Positions 24,432 through 36,851 of a stretch of DNA of 64,000 nt are shown in pieces; position 1 is the stretch's first letter, and the number at the start of each line of letters is the position of its first letter. Below the pieces are notes generated by a model that was given only the letters and a program-made list of their open reading frames with translations, did no database searches and had not been told where the DNA came from. Made by a program: the position numbers and the translations under genes. Where the stretch lies: NCBI GenBank assembly GCA_051362555.1, contig CM120640.1:54104788-54168787 (forward strand). Direction: 5' to 3'. The DNA is from Lingula anatina (lineage: Eukaryota > Animalia > Brachiopoda).

Positions 24432-27008
24432 ATGTCAACGAGCCATAGCTTTGAAAATCCCGCGTTCTCCGGTGCATCTGATGAAAATTTACCAGACCAG
24501 AAAAAGTCGCCGTACTATCTTGCTTCTCCAGGTTCTTCGCATTCATCTAAAATGTCTACACGTTCACTGTACTGCGCAGCTCTGACCGGGATTATCGTGT
24601 TCGCACTCGGTCTTGGGCTAGGATTTTTGATTGGATATTTTGCCTACAAGGCACCAGGAGAGGGCACATCAGCGACTGGGAACTCTGCTTCCAATTCGGC
24701 TACCATGAATGGAGCAACAACGCCATCCGGCAGCACGCGACCACCAACCACCCAGTCCACCAGACCACCAACCAGTGCTTGTAACGACGTGTGTAAGGAA
24801 GAACTCAAGTGCCCACAAAGTGCGCCAATTACGCAGTCTGAGTCATCGTCTTCTAGAGGGATATTTGAAATGGTGACTGCAGGTGAGATGGAAGAAGTTT
24901 ATGAGTTCATGGTCCAGCAGGGGTTAGTTGACCAGCGACCTTCAAGCGGTTCACCAAGTTTGCAGAATACTTATATCTATAGCATATCGCTGTACCTTCC
25001 CAACAAAGATGAAGCCATTTCACACTTAGATGAAGGTTTGGCGTCTCCTGGGCGTTACGCAGACGTCCACGTTCATCGTGGAAATAGAAACGTCCCCGAT
25101 ATCATGGAATACAGAGTAGGCCCTCTCGGCGGTGCCATGACTGCCACTGCTCTATACAACGATGGTGAATTACCCTATAATTCTCGCCCAAGAGATGGAA
25201 TTGAATGGGATGGAATCACTGAACAAGTCACTTTAGCCATGTCTATTCTCAGACCACTGTTAATGGAAAGTTTCGACGGGGCTTATTACCCTGAAGGCGG
25301 TATGACCTTCCATCCTCAGGCTCCGCCAGGATTGCTGCCCGAGGAGCGCGAGACGCGGTTTGTCATGACACTTTTGGTCGACGGTACAGCACGTGGTCGT
25401 GACTTGCACCCTCTGCCACTCACTGGAACCGTGCGCAATCCTGGAACAGACAAATCTCAGTGGTATTCTTACAATTTTTATTATTTGAATCAAGGACCCT
25501 TCCGCACGGCTGAAGAATTACTTGAAGCTTTTCAAAACGGTACCATAAGGAAGTTTGCAATGCCTCGAGGTCACCGCCAGACTTTGTTTGAAACCACTTT
25601 TCCCAAACAAGATGGCAACAAACCTCGTGATATGTCCAACAAAGCACCGCCACGAACGTATGAACCGGCTGGCCGACGCTACACAGTGCACGATCACACA
25701 GTGAAGTGGATGGACTGGGAGTTTACAGTGTTTGGGAGTCAATTACGTGGCCCAGGAGTGATGAATGTCCAGTTCAAGGGTGAACGTATCGTGTATGAAA
25801 ATTCATTAAATGATGTTGGCTTGATCTACGCATCAGATGTTAGTTCTGGTGCAAACACTGTGTACATGGACGCGACTTTTGGTCTCGGAGAGTGGCAGAA
25901 TGTCATCATAGGGGTGGATTGTCCTGAACACGCCACACTCCTCGATGCAGCTTGGTGGAACATGGGAGCTCAACGATCTGTCTCTGCGAAAGCAATTTGT
26001 ATCTTTGAAATGGATGGCCAAGAAGCAATTTGGAGAAGAAAGGACAGATTTGCTGCTGGACTGAGAAATACATATCTTGTCGCCAGGTTTCCAATGTCTG
26101 TCGGCAACTATGACTACACTATAGATTTTCGCTTTTATTTAGATGGGCGAATGCAGAGCACGGGGATGGCGTCTGGGTTCATCCAGGCAAGCTTTTGGGA
26201 CCAAGGAAATCCACATGCTGGTAATGACAAAACAACAGATCCGTTTGGTTATAGAGTGTCAGAATACACGCATGGTGCACTGCATGACCACACTTTTGGT
26301 TTTAAGGTCGATCTCGACATCTTGGGCAAAAAGAATAAATTTGAAGTGATTCATTGGAAAGCCGGAAATGTCCTCGATGCTTTAAAAACTCAAAACAACA
26401 ATATAACACTTAAACCCCCGTACTACCTGTATAACGAGACACGTTTTGTTGAATGGGAAACGTTGGCGACAGAAGCAGGACTCAAACTTAGTTATGCAAA
26501 TCCCAAGATCTGGACCGTTGTTAACGAGGAGCACAAAAACAAATGGGGTGTCCCTCGAGGTTATCGTATAGCACCGATGTCTGCCTATGGCCAGGTTGTT
26601 CCCGACTCCCACCCAGCCATGGGCGCCTTGTCTTTTACTAAATATCAATGCGCAGTCACAAAACGTAAAGAGGACGAACGTTTTATCACCGGCTCATACG
26701 ACCAAAATCGAATGGCAAATCCAACAGGATCGTTAGAACGGATGTTAGATGGAGAAAACATCGTGAATGAAGATCTTATCACCTGGGTGAGCGTTGGGTT
26801 TATACACGTACCTACATCAGAGGACGTCCCGATGACAGCTCGCGTAGAAACCGGGTTTTGGCTAAAACCATGGAACTATTTTGACACCACGGCAGTTTTT
26901 GATGTACCTCAGTATGTGGACACAATGGACCACAGCATCACAGAGAGGCCACCTGCGCCTACGGATTGCTATCAACCTGTTAAAGAAAACTGCTATTTTT
27001 GCAATTAA
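24432..27008 (+). CDS. Copper-containing amine oxidase (AOC/SSAO-like), type II membrane protein, intronless CDS, ~858 aa
   Basis: TPQ precursor motif VGNYDY (Tyr codon 26109-26111), Cu ligands LHDH and FIHVP..EDVP, catalytic Asp (YMDATFGLG), GVDCP, NKWGVPRGYRI, LKPWNYFD. N-terminal TM helix then Thr/Pro stalk. ATG at 24432 follows an acceptor at 24400-24401; the ORF-track GTG start at 24345 is intronic. Confidence 0.95.
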   Translation: MSTSHSFENPAFSGASDENLPDQKKSPYYLASPGSSHSSKMSTRSLYCAALTGIIVFALGLGLGFLIGYFAYKAPGEGTSATGNSASNSATMNGATTPSGSTRPPTTQSTRPPTSACNDVCKEELKCPQSAPITQSESSSSRGIFEMVTAGEMEEVYEFMVQQGLVDQRPSSGSPSLQNTYIYSISLYLPNKDEAISHLDEGLASPGRYADVHVHRGNRNVPDIMEYRVGPLGGAMTATALYNDGELPYNSRPRDGIEWDGITEQVTLAMSILRPLLMESFDGAYYPEGGMTFHPQAPPGLLPEERETRFVMTLLVDGTARGRDLHPLPLTGTVRNPGTDKSQWYSYNFYYLNQGPFRTAEELLEAFQNGTIRKFAMPRGHRQTLFETTFPKQDGNKPRDMSNKAPPRTYEPAGRRYTVHDHTVKWMDWEFTVFGSQLRGPGVMNVQFKGERIVYENSLNDVGLIYASDVSSGANTVYMDATFGLGEWQNVIIGVDCPEHATLLDAAWWNMGAQRSVSAKAICIFEMDGQEAIWRRKDRFAAGLRNTYLVARFPMSVGNYDYTIDFRFYLDGRMQSTGMASGFIQASFWDQGNPHAGNDKTTDPFGYRVSEYTHGALHDHTFGFKVDLDILGKKNKFEVIHWKAGNVLDALKTQNNNITLKPPYYLYNETRFVEWETLATEAGLKLSYANPKIWTVVNEEHKNKWGVPRGYRIAPMSAYGQVVPDSHPAMGALSFTKYQCAVTKRKEDERFITGSYDQNRMANPTGSLERMLDGENIVNEDLITWVSVGFIHVPTSEDVPMTARVETGFWLKPWNYFDTTAVFDVPQYVDTMDHSITERPPAPTDCYQPVKENCYFCN

Positions 27009-28735
27009 CGTCGCAGGTTGAAATTGGACATATATACTCTCCTACCCAGGAAAATAAAACGGTGTCCAGAATTTAAAACGATGAGCAGTGGGACAGTGTT
27101 GAGTGTAACTAGATTCCATGTGTATCAATACTGATGTAACGTAGAAGCACATTGATCAGGCGTATCTCAGTTTAACGTTTTCACATTTTAACTATTGTGC
27201 TTTAGGTCCAAATATTTGATTTGCTAAATCCACGTTTTGTATGCCTTTGGCACGGGACTAAAATAATGTAGGATTTGACATTACCGACGAAAGTGAAAAC
27301 GCTATTGTTAAAAAATCTACTGATGCACACCGATGCGTTTAATAATCACGTTTTAATTGTACTAGGTACAGTTTTCTACAGCTGTCTTTATCTTTAACAA
27401 TCGTTTATAATTTTTGTATATATTTGTTAAAATGCCAATTAACATTTTTGTAAATTAACTTTTTCATCGTGCTTTGCATTTATAAATTTGATGTTAGCTT
27501 CTCTTTATCATATATCTCTTCATAACGTTTGTTGTTTTAATATTCATGTATTTGGTATAGGTTCTACTCTCTGGTGTGAAAGTGAAATAATTATACTATA
27601 AATATACTCTATATTCCGCATTTTAAATTGTTTTTTGTTTAATTGAATCACTAAGAGCAGGTCGTGTTATTGCTGCTGCAGTTATTTTTCCCCTAAAAAA
27701 ACGTGCCACAATGAGTAATTTTCACCTCAAAATCTAGCAGAATTTGGTCATTCTCTTTTTGGTCGTTTATTCTCGCTTTAGATTAACTTCTTAAACACAC
27801 TGCACATCCCTAGTTGTTTTCGTATTCTTTACATTAAATATTAAATTCAACAAATTTGTAAAAAGCCTTAAAATATTTTGACGAACATTTCCATTGCAAC
27901 TTCCATAAACTTTGTGAGGCCACAACGTATTCAGATCAGTCCCTTGTCCTACTGAATGAGAGGAGGAACGTTCCTGGCGAATGATGTACTGTACTTCACA
28001 TACTCGAATCCTTTCTGCGGATGGGAAAAGTAGGCCCATGATATATGTATATAAAATAATAATCAGCGGTTTTCATATGCCAACAACTGTATCACGAGGT
28101 AACTGAAGAATGATGCCACTAATATTAATAAATGACCTTTAATAGTTAATAAGATTCAATGTCAACTGTAATCATGAAAGGGTTCAGATTTGATGATTCA
28201 TACAAATTCAATTTGAGATGAGGATTCTGTTGTAATTCAATAAGCCACAGATGAAAGTATAAATATTCATAAGCTTTAATTTTTCAAGTATGCGAATGAA
28301 TGTACATTAATGTGCCAACTTCTGGCATCCATTTGTGCTCAGTCACAGCCTTAAAATGCAACGGGTCCCATCAATGACTAGTCTTCATCTGTAAACCCAA
28401 GGTAACATTGTAAACAAAGAAACAGTGGATTACCGTAAAGTTGTCTGAGTATTACAAAATACTAATATGCTGGTAAAATGGATAGGTGAAATCTTCAAAT
28501 TATTTTTTTTTCTTTTGTGGAATTTTTGAAGAAATTCATCATGATCACAAAATTTATTATGCAGAATACATGTAGCAGAAATCTTTGCATTTTAACAGAG
28601 ATGTTATTGCTCTAACCTTTTATTCAAAATTTAAGAAAGGGAAAATTCAACCAAGTTCATATTTTATCAAAACTATTTTCACTATGTACATCAGAAATTG
28701 TATGTGAGCACCATATTTTTAAAATTGCACTACAT

Positions 28736-31700
28736 TCAGAAGTTGATCACACCAAACAATGTGGGGACCATCTTCAAGCCGTCTATTTGTGCACTAAGAG
28801 CTGCGCCATAAGCTTTGAGATTGCCAGAGTCTTGTTCTAATTTGCTGTCCAGTTCCTAACAGAAAAATTAATAGAATATTTCTGTTATATATTATATAGC
28901 CAAGGTCATATATACTAGTACATAGCCTAGGTCAAGATTGTTCAACTACATATACTGATTTTCCCCAGATATGGCAAGGTAAATTAAAATTCTATTAAGA
29001 GCCTGTTAACACATTAATTTCGATAATTTTAATAATCACTCGTTATTCTATCAAACTATTTCATCCCTTTTACTTTAATCTTTGATAAGACAGTATCAAA
29101 ATTTATAAATCTTACAAATAATTCACATATTTACAATAAAAAAAGTCCGTAAATGTAAAACAAACACATCTTTCTTTACCTTCAGTTCCTGAACCTTTTG
29201 AAATAATGCCATGTTTTGATCTTTGGCTGCTGCAAGAGATTTTCTCAGTTGTCTAATTTCACCTTCCCTTTCTAAAATGATAAAATGACCAGCACTTATA
29301 AACCAGACATCAAGGAGGACACATATGCAGACTTTGAACAAGGGAATTGAAAGACAATTCAATGACAACTAGGCAAAAAGGGTGGTTAAAGCACTGAAAG
29401 AAATTATCAAAAAATCACAGCAATGTTCACTCCAACAACATGAATAATGCATCTTTAAAAAATATGAACGATTGCCAGGATAATCTGATTCATTCAGTGC
29501 ATAAAAGGAAGTGGTCGTGAGTAGTCATAACAACTCCACAAATACTTTGTACACATTTTAGCTTGTTTGAGGTGACTTTGTTTGAGGTAAAATTGAGACT
29601 GCATATATAAATGCAGTCAACTAAGTATGTTATCAAAAGGAGTATGTATACATAACCTGGAAGAAAAGGATCATTTTGAACAAAATTAATTTTCATGGGT
29701 ATCTTTGAACTGGTGGGAGTACCTCATATTTCTGATATCGGGTAGGCAAGTCAATGGGAGTCTCTGAACTTTTAAAAAGCATATAGCACTCACCTATATT
29801 TCTTTCAAGAAATTCCTGCATAAAGCCATCTATGTCGACCTGCCTCTGTGCCCCATAGCTGCGTGGAGGGGAAGACGTCAGGAGACTCTGGTCTGAACCA
29901 GAAGAAAGGAACTCTGAGCCCAGAGTCTCTGACTCTGTCTGCTGCTGCTGCAGTTCCTTTTCAAATTCACCTATAAAATATACCCGAATGAGTGCTTCAT
30001 GATAAATTTTAGTGAACTAAAAGTTCATTTACTATACTTTCATAATTAAGTGATTAAATATCTACCTATTACTTACCAGTTATAGCTTGCAGATGTTGCT
30101 TGCCAAACATGTGTTCTTTTTTGTTGTGCAATGAACTAAAATACATGTTGCAAACTTTGCAATACAGCTCATTTGGGTCTTCTTCCTGTGTGCAAACAAA
30201 CAGATAATTAAAAAGAAACTACAGACTGTATGGTTATGAATAGACTTTGAGTAACAATTTGTTTTAAAAATATATTTATATCTAAATAAAGATTTTAATT
30301 TTCCCTTACTGCTTCAATCACTTAACACATGTAAGACTGGGTTCCTATCCCTAGATCAATCTAAAAGGATTGGTCCATCTCCATGGGTCCCGCGCTAAAT
30401 TGCTTTCAGCCCAAGCGGCTAAGACGTCTGAGACGCCCACTAAAGCTGCTAAACGATAGTTAATTACCCCCTATCAGCCTCAGCAAGCATGACAGACATC
30501 TAAACCGACCAAGTTAATTGCAATTAAGCGATAATCCCCTTGGAGATAGTTTGATCCAAAGTTAGTACGATTGTCTCTGGGAATTTTGCATCTGTCTCAT
30601 TTTTTTTGTGTAATACTGTGGCATTTATTACCTCCAAGTCCATTATGGTGGAATCTATTTCTGGGGAAACCTCCATATCTGGAATAATTTTATCACCCAT
30701 TATTTTCCAGTAATACTGAATAATATCAAACACACAAATCAGAAATATTTAGTTAAAACCATTTGTAATTTTTTTTGTCAGTATAATATGAAATACATAA
30801 ACAATGCAATTTACCTCCAAAATTCGGCTCAATAAGCATGCTTATACTTTGACCAGTAAATCATTTTTGTCATAATGTGACAAACTTCACAACATTTTTA
30901 ATACTTGTTTTAGGTGCTCATATTGTTATTTTTTTCTGAACCAAATCATCATTCTTTCAAATCACTGATATCTCTTTTATTAAAAAGAAGAACTTTTAAG
31001 TGTTCATTGCTAATGTTTTTTGTAAGCTTACCTCCCAAACTTCTTATTTTCTTTTTCCTCAGATAAGTCTGAAAAGCTTCAGATTGCTGATATGCCTTCA
31101 GTTGTTCAACATAACGTTTCTTGTCTTTATCTGCTGCTTCAAAATATTTCTGTTAAAAAAAAGCTGTTAAGATGAAAAATATCACATGCTTTCTGACAAA
31201 ATTATCTGAGTCATTTCAGTAAAAAGTGAACATTTCCACTAAAATAGAAGCATGGTTTGGCACTTATAGAACAAACACTTTTATTGCACAGTGATACACA
31301 GGCTTGTAAATAAAGATCCCTCACCTGCTTCTCATCCTGTGACATTGAAGACCATTCATTACCCAGAATTTTAGTCACTTCACAGAATGGAATCTCTGGG
31401 TTACTGGCTTTGATTGCCTGTCTTCTCTCAATGGCATATAGTACATAGCTGGAACAATGATATAAAATGCAAGAAGGCTACAAAATGTATATGACAATTT
31501 AGATGTATATGTCAATAATAAAAATACTATTTCCATAATATAAATATGTCAATAGAAAAGTTGCTTTTAGAAAGTGTTCTTTAGCATGTCCAAATCCACA
31601 AATAGTAATAGTCTTTTAACAAAAATTACTTACGCAGTAATTGGTGCCTTGGGTGCTTTGTTTTCTCCTAGATCCTTTTTTCTTTTCTTTCCTTTTGGCC

Positions 31701-33656
31701 AGCCACCTCTCCGCTTCTGAAAATGAAAATAAATGTCAATGAAAAATCAAGTTTGTATCAATTTGCAAATATGAAATGCATTTTGCCATCATGCAATTCA
31801 AAGGATTCATATTTCATCTTGGCACAATCAGAAAAAAATATCAGCATATTCAATTAAAAAAGTGGCATCTGCCAAGCAAAGAGGTCTCCAATACGAGTAA
31901 CAAAAATGTGTACCTTTGGTTCTCCTTCAATTGGTTCAGTTGTTGATGTTGTGGAAGATGCAGATTTTGGTGTCACTACTGTTAAAGCAACTGGAACTGT
32001 TGTCCCAGATGTTATTAACTGTAGAGGGTTATCTAGTGTGAGTCCAGAGTTAATATCATTGTGAACATCTGTTATCTTGGCTACTTGGTCTTCATCAAGA
32101 ACATCCTGCTGCTGTTGATCTAACAGATCTAAAAAAAAAAAAAAACAAAACAAAACAAAAAAAACCAAAAAAAAAACTAAAAGAGTTTTTCATAATAAAA
32201 AAACATCTTTTTATGAAATTTTTATCTAGAGTATAAATCTTAGGCTTAATGATACAGAAAATCAGCAAAGTGATTCTGCATAAGATCAGTTAAAATTAGA
32301 TCAAATAACTACTGTTTACAGGAGTGATAAGAAGCTTATACAAAATGGTTTAAAATTTGGGTTTGTTGTTCTATTAAACAAATACTTGCTGACACCTTTG
32401 CATATTAATGTTGATGAGCTCTCACCTGTGTGACTCTGTAAATCTACACTGTTGATAGGGTTCCCATATGCATTCACTAAATCAGAAACATTCACCCACA
32501 CTAACCTAAAAGAAACAGGCAATGAATAAATAATCTCTTTGATACAGCAAATAATAAACAAATGTCAGATTCCTGCCCCATGCCCTATAAGCATGAAAAA
32601 AAAAAGCTTGTAATTTTAGAAATTTACTGTAAAAGATATAGTTTTAGATAATTGTGCACCAGCATTCACTTTGTGAAGTGATTCCATTTCCAGGACTCTA
32701 TTTTCTTTCTTTCTTTTTTTTCTTGCCTCTACCATCCAACCACTACTAGTTTTGGCAAGTTTTACCCCTGTTGAGGACCACCACTGACTGACATCAAAAT
32801 GCAAGAATTATACCAGGAACTGTTTACCCACCAAAAAACAGAATTTCTAATTTGAAAGGGCCAAGCAACTTGCATTCCATACGCAATTCTTCACACCAGT
32901 TTGCTTTCAGGTAGAAAACAAAATTTGACTTACTTCTTGCATATAGAAGTCTGGTTGTAGTGGTATTTAATGAGTGTATGATTTTACAGTGGCATGACTG
33001 GTAGATGTGCTGATAAGTTACACATATTTATTTATAGCACTGTCAAAAATTGGATGGCTTTCCTGCAATGTGCAACTTGAGGAGGTAACAAAAAGATTTA
33101 GAACTCCCACATCATGGCGGACACTGAAGATGACTGTCATTTTATAGTTGTTTGCATCTATAACTTCCGTCCATTACCACACAAAATACATATCATAAAA
33201 CTTAAAACAGCATTGCACACGCCTGTGAGTTATGTTATTGTGACACACTGTCCCATGGGATGTGCAGCCGTTTTATTTTTATTCATTAGAATTCAAGAAT
33301 TAAAACGGAAAAATGGACTGTTAAATGTAATTTTATCAACTCCCCAAAGGACATATACGCAAATGTATTAATCATTAATAAAATGTTAAAATATACTTAT
33401 ACAAGTGTCAGTCTAAAAGGGTCTTTTCACTGAGTACCACTTGGCACTTCTATGATTGGCACACTACTCACCCCTTGGGAGTTTCCATAATAACCCCACC
33501 GTCTTGTATAAATCCTGTGGCATTAGAAGGATCTAACTTGTCAGATACCAAGTCCGTTTTCTCACCTTCCGAAGGAAGCGAAGATAATGAATAAATGTTC
33601 CCATTTACAATTACAGCATTTGTAGAACTAGCCGTGGTCGCGAGTTCCCCTTCCAT
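28736..33656 (-). CDS. HMG20: HMG20/BRAF35-like HMG-box protein with U1/matrin-type C2H2 zinc finger and C-terminal coiled coil, ~449 aa; 11 exons (33656-33472, 32505-32426, 32128-31914, 31716-31634, 31448-31325, 31149-31032, 30678-30632, 30185-30077, 29970-29794, 29271-29180, 28855-28736)
   Basis: Phase-consistent GT-AG splicing. KRRGGWPKGKKRKK..APKAPITAYVLY..ERRQAIK..NPEIPFCEVTKILGNEWS..EKQKYFEAADKDKKRY matches the HMG20 HMG box; LYCKVCNMYFSSLHNKKEHMFGKQH is the zinc finger; EREGEIRQLRK starts the coiled coil. May be a paralog rather than the ortholog. Confidence 0.85.
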
Positions 33657-33964
33657 TGCGACACTGTTTTCAACAACCTGCTTGTTTTCTGCTCTCTCTT
33701 TAATGAAGACGTTATCTCAAGAAAAGACACATATTCAATTTGATAGCATTCCACATTTAATGTTATTATATGAGCGTTATCAGTCAGTAAATATACTTCC
33801 TTAAAACGGTTATATTTTTAATAAGACGTTAAGTCTGCCGTTATTTCTGCATGTTTTTATTCTCTTGCAATTACGTGCTGACCTCTGCAGGCAGCTAGAA
33901 TTACTAGCCTCATCTCCTGAAAGGCCAACAAGTGGGTCGGAGGTGTAGAGTCTATTCATTTAGA
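33657..33964. promoter_or_regulatory. Probable bidirectional promoter / 5'UTR region between HMG20-like and EPHX-like genes
   Basis: Divergent ATGs only ~310 bp apart; TSSs not determinable. Confidence 0.6.
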
Positions 33965-36851
33965 ATGGGTGTTGTCACTGCTGTTAAAGTATTATTGGGG
34001 TTTGCTGTCGTGTATACGATAGCATCATTTTGGTCAGTAGTTATTGTACTGCCGATTCTATTGAAAGGGTTCATGAGTAGTCCAATAAGATTTTTTCAAA
34101 GAAGGAGAAGGGAGATCAAACCAGCATGCCTGAACGACCCTAGCCTTGGAACCCACACATACGTCAGACTGCAGGTGACCTTTGATCAATGTTGTAGATT
34201 GTCATTTGTCAGATGTGACAGCTATACACATATAGAGTGATATAAACGTTATCTTTTGCAAAGTATGTTGAGAAGTAACATGTTTGAAATGTAATAAAGC
34301 CACTTAACTCCTGTAGCTCCATTATGACGCTCAGTGCATGTATCACTTTCGTTTTGTAACCAATAATCAGAATAGAATGTTTTGGGGAAAATACGACTGA
34401 TCTATGATATATGATCTTTTTCTGTCTGTCCAGTTATGCTGCTGCCTCCAATATCTTACAAATGTTACCAAAACAGCTTAATGGTCTATAATACTAGTAT
34501 TACTAGTACAGTATGTTGTCAAGCTGATAGAGGCTTAGATATGTGACCAGTTCCTGTCATGATTGAAGAAAACATTGAATTTGAATAATACAAACAGTGT
34601 TGAAAAAAGTTACCATGCATGTTTCATGCTTAATTACATTATTGTTTTACTTTGATTGTTGTTTAGGGTCTAAGAATGCACTGTGTAGTTAATGGTAAGG
34701 AAGGCAAACCTCTTATGTTGTTTGTTCATGGTTTCCCAGAAGGGTGGTACTCTTGGAGACATCAGCTGAGGGAGTTCGGCCAAGATTATAGGTAGGTAAA
34801 GAGCTTATTATCCAGTAGAGATTCAATATATTGCTTGAATTCTTCCAAACAAAAACATAATTGACCGTTGACTCTATGTACAGTATGAAAAAAATACTGG
34901 TACATATTATATATTGGCTTGTTTCAATTGATGGGACATTTTAAACAAAAGGGATTAAAGATGTTGTTTTCTGAAACATGTTTATTAAATATGAAAAAAT
35001 ATGTGGAAACAACTCAAAAAAACAAGCAGTCCATTTTTTACAATCATTTATCAAGTTTCAGTTGCTCCTTTTCTGTGCATTCAGTTGCTTTCTACCAAGT
35101 GAAAACTTTAAGGGTTGCATTCCTATATGATGTTATTGTCACTCACCTGTGTTGTTGTCTTCAGGTGTGTTGCTATTGACATGCGAGGCTATGGGGAAAC
35201 AGACAAACCACCAAATGTGTCTGACTATACTATGGACAAACTAACAGGAGATATAAAGCAGCTCATTCCTGCTCTTGGTGAGGGTTTTTCTCTCTACTTT
35301 TATAATTAAGAGCTATGACAGAACAATTTTTTTGTTAATATTTCAACTATTTTTTTTTTTGATAAAATCTAATGCTTTTTATTAGCTTAATTTTATTTAT
35401 TTATTTTTTTTTTGTGGAAATAAAAGAAGTGTTGCTTTAAGTTGCTCTCTTATTACACAGCGTCTTAGTTTTGACCCAGTCTAACATTAAAATATTTGAA
35501 GATGTTTCTTTAAACATATTTTATTCCAGGTTATGAATCTTGTGTGTTGGTATCACATGACTGGGGAGGTGTTATAGCGTGGGCCTTTGCTGAGAAATAC
35601 CCAGACATGGTGGATAAACTGATCACCATGAATGCTCCCCATAGAAAGGCTTTTGCTGACATTATGAATCATAACAAAAAGCAGCTTCTTATGTCTTGGT
35701 AGGTGCAGTTAAAGTGAAATACCAGAAGCATAATGCTTTGTCAGTTTGTGATATGTTTGATGATAAGACTGTCTTCATGTTTATCACATGGTTTGTTCCA
35801 TTTTGTGATGTTTGTGATATTAAGCCAAATATATCCTCATAATTTCCATTTTTTATTTGTAGGTACATATTTTTTTTCCAACTTCCCTGGTTTCCAGAGT
35901 TTTTAATCAGCCACAATGACTATGATATCCTCCAGAAGTCTTTCAGAGGAGCAGATGGTAAAGTTATTGGAAGTATGACTCCTGAGGACCTTGAAGCATA
36001 TACTTACTGCTTCTCACAGCCAAGTATGAGTTGTCTTTGTGAATCAAAATTTGATGCCAAATGCGTTTTGTACTCTTTAGTTTTTGTTTTTATAATCATT
36101 GTAATCTAAATTGGCATTGGGATTTACAGCTTTGCATATGTCAGGTTGCCTTAAGTATTCAAGATTAATTAGATATAATTAGTATTATTATTTTAGAACT
36201 TTGCAGTTCTTTTTATGTAAATAGCTTCACGGCTGATACATGTATATCAGTTTCTACCAACATGGAATAAAATGTATTTGAATGTATAACATTCCATTGC
36301 ATTGTATCAAATCTGACATGATTTGCCATTTTTTCATGGTCTTTGATCTAATCAAATCTTATTGAACTTTGCCCATACAAGTAAAAAAAATTCATTTCAC
36401 AACTTATCTTATTTATCAAAGCATATTTCAGAAGTATCAATAGATTATGACCATGATGTTAAATTATGCTATTTTCTAAAAGTGACAGTATGGTTCTGAA
36501 AATATGGTCCTTTTTAAAAACACAAAAAAACATCCTCCTTGTTTTATTTCAGATTCATTGACATCAGCCATCAATTATTATCGGGCTTCAATGAGGACAA
36601 GTATTTGGCAGCAAGCACAGCCAAGGGAAGGTAAGAGAGAAGGGTCTGGCAAGATCACAGTACCAGTACTTACTATATGGGGGGATGCTGACAAAGCCCT
36701 GCACAAGGATTTACCAGAGCTGGCCCGCAAATACAACACTGACTACACCTTGAAGTACATCCATGGCTGCAGCCACTGGACTCAGCAGGAGAGACCAGAT
36801 GTTGTCAATGAAATGATGAAGGAGTTCCTTAAAAGGAAAAAATTGGAATGA
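33965..36851 (+). CDS. EPHX4: Epoxide hydrolase 3/4-like alpha/beta hydrolase, ~358 aa; 6 exons (33965-34174, 34667-34791, 35165-35277, 35530-35698, 35863-36023, 36553-36851)
   Basis: N-terminal membrane anchor, [17 protein letters not shown] oxyanion motif, [13 protein letters not shown], nucleophile [30 protein letters not shown] and catalytic SHW; exon phases consistent. Confidence 0.93.

Noticed and set aside
17054-27008. GPCR plus amine oxidase as a biogenic-amine sense-and-degrade module
   Set aside because: The receptor lacks the TM3 aspartate of aminergic receptors; adjacency alone is insufficient.
30815-30840. Alternative micro-exon (ACLLSRILE) in the HMG20-like gene
   Set aside because: Phase-compatible but its acceptor has no pyrimidine tract; 30678-30632 is the better exon.
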